The translations under genes were made by a program, and so were the position numbers. Shown piece after piece: positions 58,215 through 64,000 of a DNA stretch of 64,000 nucleotides. The notes below the pieces were generated by a model. The model saw only the letters and a list, made by a program, of their open reading frames with translations. It was not told the origin of the DNA and ran no database searches. How positions within the stretch are numbered: position 1 is the first letter of the stretch; each line of letters opens with the position of its first letter. The DNA comes from Candidatus Latescibacterota bacterium (lineage in GTDB: Bacteria; Latescibacterota; UBA2968; GCA-2709665): the NCBI GenBank assembly GCA_965222075.1, contig OZ244937.1, positions 3,264,001 through 3,328,000 of the forward strand, written 5' to 3'.

Positions 58215-58796
58215 TTACACCGCCCACACTCCCAGCTTCAGAAACTCCCCTTTCAACTGCCGCCGCCCCCGGCACAGCCAGGTCTTCACCGTCCCCATCG
58301 GCACGTGCAGTTCCTGCATAATCTCCTTGTAGGACCGGTCCTTCACGTAGCGCAGCCACATCGCCTCCCGGTAATGTGCCGGCAGCGCCTGGATGCCCTT
58401 CCTGACAAGCGCCCGACGCTCCTTCCGATACACCACCTCTTCCGGATCCTCGTACCACGCCAGCTCCCGTTCGATCCGGTGTGTCGATGCAGAATCTTCC
58501 ACCTCCTCCAGCCGCTCGTGCTGCGCCCACCGCGCCCTCCGGTGGGAGTGATACACATTCAGGGCGATGCGCGTCAACCAGGTCGAAAAAGCCGCCTTGC
58601 CCCGAAAGCTCCCCAGGGCCTGAAAGGCCCGTATGAACGTCATCTGTACCAAATCCTCCACATCATCTCGCCCCCCCGTACGGGGGGCAATCATCCCGTA
58701 GATTCGGGGTTGGTATGCTTTGTAAATGGCTTCGTACGCCCCCTGGTCCCCTTCCAGCGCCCGGCCGATCAATGTCTGTTTCATAATCTGCGACAT
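58215..58796 (-). CDS. ECF RNA polymerase sigma factor (paralogue 2)
   Basis: YQPRIY, DDVEDLVQMTF.RAF, FRG.AAFSTWL, EDPEEV..RKE, YREAM.LRYV, GTVKTWL shared with paralogue 1; GAGGAG RBS. Confidence 0.93.
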   Translation of the reverse strand: MSQIMKQTLIGRALEGDQGAYEAIYKAYQPRIYGMIAPRTGGRDDVEDLVQMTFIRAFQALGSFRGKAAFSTWLTRIALNVYHSHRRARWAQHERLEEVEDSASTHRIERELAWYEDPEEVVYRKERRALVRKGIQALPAHYREAMWLRYVKDRSYKEIMQELHVPMGTVKTWLCRGRRQLKGEFLKLGVWAV

Positions 58797-58973
58797 CTCC
58801 TCTTCATCTGGATCAGAATCCCGGTTGACTGCGACTGTGACCCTGTACCTCCGGAAGCCTGAGTACTCACAACCATGGATGCACAACCCAACATTGCCGG
58901 TTACCTGTAAACGCACATTTTGGGGCTCCTGACTTGTGTTGGCCTTCCAATCTGCTGTATATCCTCACACCCA

Positions 58974-59007
58974 AATATAGTATACAAATGAGCATCTGTC
59001 AATGCTC
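58974..59007 (-). promoter_or_regulatory. Sigma70 promoter TTGACA-N17-TATATT with GAGCAT-N6-ATGCTC operator-like palindrome over the -35
   Basis: -35 at 58997-59002, -10 at 58974-58979, palindrome at 58990-59007. Confidence 0.6.
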
Positions 59008-59052
59008 TTAATCATTAATTCTACAAATACGTCCCAACTTTGAGATAAAAGG

Positions 59053-59112
59053 TTACGGATGCCGGTTCCGGCGTTCCTCTTGCCGTCCAAGCGTCTCTTT
59101 GAGCGTCTGCAT
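59053..59112 (-). pseudogene. Truncated MQTxKE-family small gene (copy 3, 19 aa)
   Basis: AGGAGG RBS; MQTLKETLGRQEERRNRHP-stop; TM part absent, followed by AT-rich DNA. Confidence 0.65.
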
Positions 59113-59207
59113 AGCCTACCTCCTGTTGTGAAACTGTTCCCAGAGCATCACGTGCTTCACTTTATTTATAGTAAAGGAAGCGCGAGAATGGTTGAAACTT
59201 TTCCAGG

Positions 59208-59693
59208 TCATCTCACATCGTATCGCAGAATCGCCACATACGCCCCGGCAAATCCCAGGACCGCCAGCAGCACGCAGAGGCTCAAAATAATCTTCACGAT
59301 AAACGCAAAATCCAGAATACCGAAAAGCGCGTGAATCGGATTGACCGAGAAAAGGCTGTCTTCGAAGTACGGGACGCGGGGATACTGGATTCGCACTTCC
59401 TGTCCCAGCTTTCCGGACATCCCATAGACCACCGGGCTCAGCGCCTCCGGTCGCCGGTTCCAGTGGATCCCCTGCCGAATCAGGTCCCAGAGGTTGTTTT
59501 TCTCAAGCCGTCCCTGCATCCTCGCCCGGTTGTATTCAGAGACTGCGTTCTGCTGTTGGAGCTGCCGGTCGTAATTCCGAATGCCCACATACACGCCCAG
59601 CACGGACAGCAATGTACAGAGCACGAAAATGGCGGCGAAGCGAAAATCCAGAAAATGGTGGTACAGTTCTTTTTGAACCAGACGGGTGAACAT
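59208..59693 (-). pseudogene. Class B permease with a large in-frame internal deletion
   Basis: First ~142 aa match class B paralogues, joined at ..SLCVL/LAVLGFAGAYVAILRYDVR to the C-terminal tail. Confidence 0.8.
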
Positions 59694-59787
59694 ATCTCCT
59701 CCCTTCTCAACGCTACCCAGTTCCGAGTTCCTCCCAACCGCATCCCCACCTCCATTCTGGTTTTAACTCGTAACTTGCAACTTTCTT

Positions 59788-61242
59788 TCACCGAACATCA
59801 TACCGCAGCGTTGCTACAAAAGCCCCGGTGAAAAAGAGCAGCCCCCACAGGGCCAGCACGCCGACATCGACCAAGGCCGCGTGCAGCTCATCTTCGGGCC
59901 AGGCCTCCCGGTAGATAAATCGGGGAAAACCGGAAATATCCCACTCATACCTCCCGTACTTATCCGGATTCGCCCGTTTCAAGGAATTCCCGTCGCTCCA
60001 CACCCTCACCCAGGCAAAGTACTGGTCCATAACATATCTGACGAAAGTGTCGTTAAACCTCCGGTGCCGCTCGATTCCAGTTCCGGCTAAGTTAACCGTA
60101 GCATTCTTGAAGGCAAACGCGGGGGAGATTCTTGCCAGTAAGACCGCCAGGTCCAGCCGAACCTGGTAAAGGTTGCTGAACCTTCGTTCAAGCTGATCCA
60201 CCTTGGGCCGGGATTCTGCCTGCACCCGGTCCCGGTTCTCCTGATAATTGAGGACGTCCGCCTCCCGTCCCTCCGGTGTATCGAGCCATCCCGGCGGCCT
60301 TATTCGCTCCTGCTCCTCCCTCCACTTCCTGCCCATCTCCCTCCATTTGAGTGAGTTGGGAGACGTAATCGACCGCACCTGCGCCTGGTGTTCGTGGATG
60401 GAAGGCGCAGGTCGGAATTGGTCGGCCACGATCAGGCTCAGACGCGGAACCACCACCACCGCTGCCACCCAGAATGTGAGCAGGAGAACAAACGAAGTCG
60501 CAGACCGGTGGGTGAGGCAGGAGGCCAGCAGGCCCGCGCAAGCGAAGACGGCAAGGTAGATGCCGAAAGCCGCAAGAATTACGCCCAGGCGCATCCACTC
60601 CAGACCGGTCATCTGCACACCCGGCAGCGCGATCAACACGCTGATCCCCAGCAGCAGAGGAAGCCCGAAAGCCGCAAGCGTGGGGATCAGTACCCCCAGC
60701 AACTTTCCCAGAACGAACCGGTAGCCGGGCACGGGAAAGGAGGCGGTCAGGCGGAGGGTGCCCCCTTTCTTCTCGCCACAGACCGCGTCGTAGGTCAAAA
60801 GCACCACGAACAGGCTCAACACGACCTCCACCACCAGCCCCAGGTCCAGCGGTGGAAAAACTCCCAGCACCGGCTCCGTCTCAACCGGACTCCGGCGCAG
60901 GCGCCGGACCTTCGTATACCCGGTGGACATGGCGCGCCCCAGCGTCGGGTCCAGGCCGCGAATGAAGATACAAAGCAGCGTGGAGGGTTTATGCTCCTCA
61001 AATCCGATCCCGGCCGTAACCCACACCGGGTTGTAGGACAACCCCTCGGCTGATTCCAGGTGCTTGATGCGCTCCTCTTTTGTCACTTCTGCCAGGCGGT
61101 ATTCCACCAGCCGGACCTGGTAGTACGCATACCCGTCATAGAGGCTCAACCAGATGGTGAGCGCTCCTATGAGCGACAGGACGAGGAACCGGAGGCTGAG
61201 GATATGATCCAGGATGTCTTTGCGGATGAGATGGCCGAGCAT
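59788..61242 (-). CDS. ABC-2-type permease, class A paralogue
   Basis: MLGHLIRKDILDHILSLRF, VFPPLDL, GEKKGGTLRL, KYGRYEWDISGFPR, LRYDVR. Confidence 0.88.
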   Translation of the reverse strand: MLGHLIRKDILDHILSLRFLVLSLIGALTIWLSLYDGYAYYQVRLVEYRLAEVTKEERIKHLESAEGLSYNPVWVTAGIGFEEHKPSTLLCIFIRGLDPTLGRAMSTGYTKVRRLRRSPVETEPVLGVFPPLDLGLVVEVVLSLFVVLLTYDAVCGEKKGGTLRLTASFPVPGYRFVLGKLLGVLIPTLAAFGLPLLLGISVLIALPGVQMTGLEWMRLGVILAAFGIYLAVFACAGLLASCLTHRSATSFVLLLTFWVAAVVVVPRLSLIVADQFRPAPSIHEHQAQVRSITSPNSLKWREMGRKWREEQERIRPPGWLDTPEGREADVLNYQENRDRVQAESRPKVDQLERRFSNLYQVRLDLAVLLARISPAFAFKNATVNLAGTGIERHRRFNDTFVRYVMDQYFAWVRVWSDGNSLKRANPDKYGRYEWDISGFPRFIYREAWPEDELHAALVDVGVLALWGLLFFTGAFVATLRYDVR

Positions 61243-61317
61243 GGAGGGTCTTCCGGTGTCTGCTATGCGAAAAAATGGGGTTTTCTGTCTTCCCCGACGA
61301 TCTGCCTGTTCTACTAT

Positions 61318-61346
61318 AAGACGTCAGCCGAAGATTTCAAGTTTCA
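61318..61346 (-). promoter_or_regulatory. ECF-type promoter TGAAAC-N17-CGTC
   Basis: Minus strand TGAAAC ttgaaatcttcggctga CGTCTTATAG, about 75 nt upstream of the permease. Confidence 0.55.
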
Positions 61347-61406
61347 CCTTTCCTTCAGCAACGCCGATAACCGGGGCCCATGAGCATTCTGATGGAATAA
61401 TAACGC

Positions 61407-61434
61407 TTGACGCTAATAACGCAATACGTTATTA
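61407..61434 (+). promoter_or_regulatory. TA-type promoter/operator: TTGACG plus palindrome TAATAACG-N5-CGTTATTA
   Basis: Perfect 8-bp arms at 61414-61421 and 61427-61434; extra half-site at 61398. Confidence 0.6.
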
Positions 61435-61604
61435 ATGGAAAACGTTCCATTACCGCGGATACGGCTCTACGTCTTGGCCGCTACTTTGACATCTCACCAC
61501 AGTTCTGGCTCAACCTTCAGTCTCACTACGATCTGGAGGTTGAAAAAGACCGCCTGTCCGACTGCCTGGAACGGGAAGTGCGTGTTCTGAAGCCCACAGG
61601 TTGA
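61428..61604 (+). pseudogene. higA: C-terminal remnant of HigA-family antitoxin
   Basis: INGKRSITADTALRLGRYF..SPQFWLNLQ..YDL; N-terminal HPGE/HTH part and the toxin gene are absent. Confidence 0.8.
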
Positions 61605-61759
61605 TGGCTCCGGCGCAAGCTCAGCGCCGACCAGGACCTTTCCCGCCCGTCTCACTTCGCGACATCTATCCTGTAAATATCGCTTCAGATAACGGCAGGC
61701 ATGCTGTATATTTCTCTATGGAATCTTTCGGCGGCATCTTCGAACAAGAAGGAGCGCCC

Positions 61760-62428
61760 ATGAATGCGAAGCATACAATCCACATTGGCAATGTCGTCCG
61801 CAACGCAGTTGTATTCAACTTTAGAAACTGGTCTGGAGGCACAGAAATGAACACCGATGCCCTGCTCCAGGCCGTTGTCCAGCTCTTCGCGTTGCTGCAC
61901 GAACGGCAGATCGAATACGTGCTGGTAGGCGGCGTTGCCTTGCGCCATTATGTAGACAGCCGCAATACGGAAGACATTGACCTCATTATGGCATTGTCCG
62001 ATTTGCAAAAACTGCCCGAAATTGAAATCGCCGACCGGGAGGAATACTTTGCCCGGGGAAACTACGATGAATTGCGGGTCGACGTTCTCCTGAGCCACAA
62101 TCCCCTCTTCGGCAAGGTACAAAGCAGATATTCCACGGTCCAACCCTTTATGGAGCGGGACATTGTATGCGCCACCGTAGAGGGCCTGTTGCTACTCAAA
62201 CTGTACGCCCTGCCCTCCCTCTACCGTCAGGGCAACTTTACGCGTGTTGCGCTCTGCGAGAACGACATCGCCACCCTCATGTACGAGTATCAACCTGAAC
62301 CGGCGCCCCTGTTTGATGAACTTTCCCACCACCTCAGGGATTCCGCCCTGGCCTCAGTACGTGAAATCACAACCGAAATCCAGCAGCGAATCGACCGCTT
62401 CCGCCAGACCTCCGGCGATGGCGAATAA
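61760..62428 (+). CDS. Nucleotidyltransferase-fold protein
   Basis: YVLVGG.AL......R.TEDIDL, L..LKL.A, D; AAGGAG RBS. Confidence 0.72.
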   Translation: MNAKHTIHIGNVVRNAVVFNFRNWSGGTEMNTDALLQAVVQLFALLHERQIEYVLVGGVALRHYVDSRNTEDIDLIMALSDLQKLPEIEIADREEYFARGNYDELRVDVLLSHNPLFGKVQSRYSTVQPFMERDIVCATVEGLLLLKLYALPSLYRQGNFTRVALCENDIATLMYEYQPEPAPLFDELSHHLRDSALASVREITTEIQQRIDRFRQTSGDGE

Positions 62429-62431
62429 ATA

Positions 62432-63424
62432 ATGGGCCAACACAAAAGAAAGGAAACCGGCCAGATGTCACAAGAAGCCGTCCGGTCACGAACCGTCCAG
62501 ATCGACGATATCACCCTTCACCTCAGCCGGCCCGTGCTGACCCATCAGGAATGGATCGGCCAGACCGACGTCCTCAAGCAGCTGCTCGCCTGCTTCCTCG
62601 TCGTCCACGAATCGGACCTGCCCCTCTCCCCCCGGCTGGTCGGCCCCCCCGGCATCGGCAAGACCACCCTGGGCATGGCCGCCGCGAAACTCCGTAGCCA
62701 GAACCTCTACATCTACCAGTGTACCAGCGACACCCGGCCCGAAGACCTCCTGGTCACCCCTGTCCTGGCGGAATCGGGCAAAATCGTCTACCACGCCTCG
62801 CCCCTCGTCACGGCAATGGTCACCGGCGGCATCTGCCTTTTAGACGAAGGCAACCGGATGAACGAAAAAAGCTGGGCCTCGCTCGCCCCCCTCTTGGACC
62901 ACCGGCGCTTCGTCGAATCCGTCATCGCCGGCATCACCGTTCCCGCTCACCTCGACTTCCGCTGCTGCGTCACCATGAACGACGACGAATCCACCTACGA
63001 AGTCCCCGACTACATCCTCTCCCGGCTGCAACCCACCCTCGCGGTCGGCTTCCCCAACCGGGAGGATGAAATGGCCATCCTCCGCTACCACCTCCCCTTT
63101 GCCGAGGAGGACATGCTCAACCTCACCGTGAACTTCCTGCAGCAGGCGCACGGCCTCAACCTGGAATTCTCCCCCCGCGACGGCATCCACATCCTCCAGT
63201 ACGCCCTCAAACGCCTCTCCCAGGACCCGGACCACCCCCTCAGCAGGGACGCCGCCTGGCGCGAAGCCCTCGAACGGGTGCTGGGAGAAGAGGCCCTCGA
63301 CTTAGACAGCTTGGCCGAGCAACGCCAGCGCGCCCTGGGCAGCGAAATCCCCGGCCTCAGCCTCGGCGGCTTCTTCTTCGGCGCCGACGACCCCTTAAAC
63401 CCCGACGCGGACGAAGAGAATTAG
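62432..63424 (+). CDS. MoxR-like AAA+ ATPase
   Basis: Walker A GPPGIGKT, Walker B LLDEGNR, F...TMN, SRL, S.RD. Confidence 0.88.
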   Translation: MGQHKRKETGQMSQEAVRSRTVQIDDITLHLSRPVLTHQEWIGQTDVLKQLLACFLVVHESDLPLSPRLVGPPGIGKTTLGMAAAKLRSQNLYIYQCTSDTRPEDLLVTPVLAESGKIVYHASPLVTAMVTGGICLLDEGNRMNEKSWASLAPLLDHRRFVESVIAGITVPAHLDFRCCVTMNDDESTYEVPDYILSRLQPTLAVGFPNREDEMAILRYHLPFAEEDMLNLTVNFLQQAHGLNLEFSPRDGIHILQYALKRLSQDPDHPLSRDAAWREALERVLGEEALDLDSLAEQRQRALGSEIPGLSLGGFFFGADDPLNPDADEEN

Positions 63425-63430
63425 AAACCC

Positions 63431-64000
63431 GTGGCCCCCTCCATCTTCGACCTCAGCCCACATCTCACCCTCCTGCCCGTCCTCCACGGCAGCGGAGACT
63501 TTGCCTTAGAAATCCGCAAACGCCTCCTCACGGCGACCTGCGACTGTCTGGCCCTACCCCTGCCGCCCGCCTTTGAAGACGGCATCGAAGAGGCGGTCGG
63601 CCACCTCCCGGGCATCCACATTGTCGCCCAGCGCGAGGGAGGGATAAGCGGCGATCCCACGGCCTACACCTGCGTTCCCATCGACCCCTGCCAGCCCGTC
63701 ATCGCCGGGGTTCGCACCGCCATCAAAGCGGGCATCCCGAGGGCTTACATCGACCTGGAAGTGGACACCTACATCGAACAGGCCACGGTCCTGCCCGATC
63801 CTTATGCCCTCAAAGAGGTCCCCTTAGAGAAATTCGCCGCCGCCGTCCTTACCGGACTGCCCAAACCCGACCCGGGCGGCCAGCAAATGGCCCGCACCCG
63901 CTGGATGGCCTCCCAGCTCCACCGGCTCGAACTCGATTACGACCGCATCCTGGCCCTCTGCTCAATCGCCGACTGGCCCTGGATCCGTGACGCCTACGCC
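63431..64000 (+). CDS. Hypothetical MoxR-associated protein, partial (runs off right edge)
   Basis: GTG start 6 nt after the ATPase: MAPSIFDLSPHLTLLPVLHGSGDFALEIR...VPIDPCQPVIA...PDPYALK; open to the end of the window. Confidence 0.75.
   Translation, partial: MAPSIFDLSPHLTLLPVLHGSGDFALEIRKRLLTATCDCLALPLPPAFEDGIEEAVGHLPGIHIVAQREGGISGDPTAYTCVPIDPCQPVIAGVRTAIKAGIPRAYIDLEVDTYIEQATVLPDPYALKEVPLEKFAAAVLTGLPKPDPGGQQMARTRWMASQLHRLELDYDRILALCSIADWPWIRDAYA

Noticed and set aside
1-64000. KOPS-like GGGNAGGG polarity as support for a terminus
   Set aside because: Spot checks found both orientations in the right half; cannot be judged without a full count.

Overview
High-GC bacterial chromosomal window. 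A C-terminal twin DxDGNGxVxFSDF dockerin-like tag and the gene mix suggest an uncultured FCB/PVC-type lineage such as Latescibacterota (inference only). The left half (1 to ~32 kb) is mostly + strand: a TPR protein, PTS IIA, BatA/VWA protein, topA-xerC, surface proteins, mqnP-like/ubiX genes and catabolic genes, including two Cys-motif heparinase II/III-like proteins. The right half (~32-64 kb) is mostly - strand and is dominated by a repeated, uncharacterised module. That module has eight ABC-2-type permease paralogues in fixed A-then-B pairs, one ABC ATPase, one NEW3/Ig membrane-anchored protein and two paralogous ECF sigma factors with no recognisable anti-sigma. It also has three copies of a small membrane-protein gene (MQTxKExxxRxEExxN-), two of which are missing from the ORF track, and a recurring TGAAAC-N17-YGT ECF-type promoter. 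Codon third-position strand bias and gene orientation flip at ~32,030 (terminus-like point or rearrangement junction). The right half contains many short deletion remnants of genes. No rRNA, tRNA, CRISPR array or intact IS was found. All product calls come from reading motifs by eye; no database was searched.
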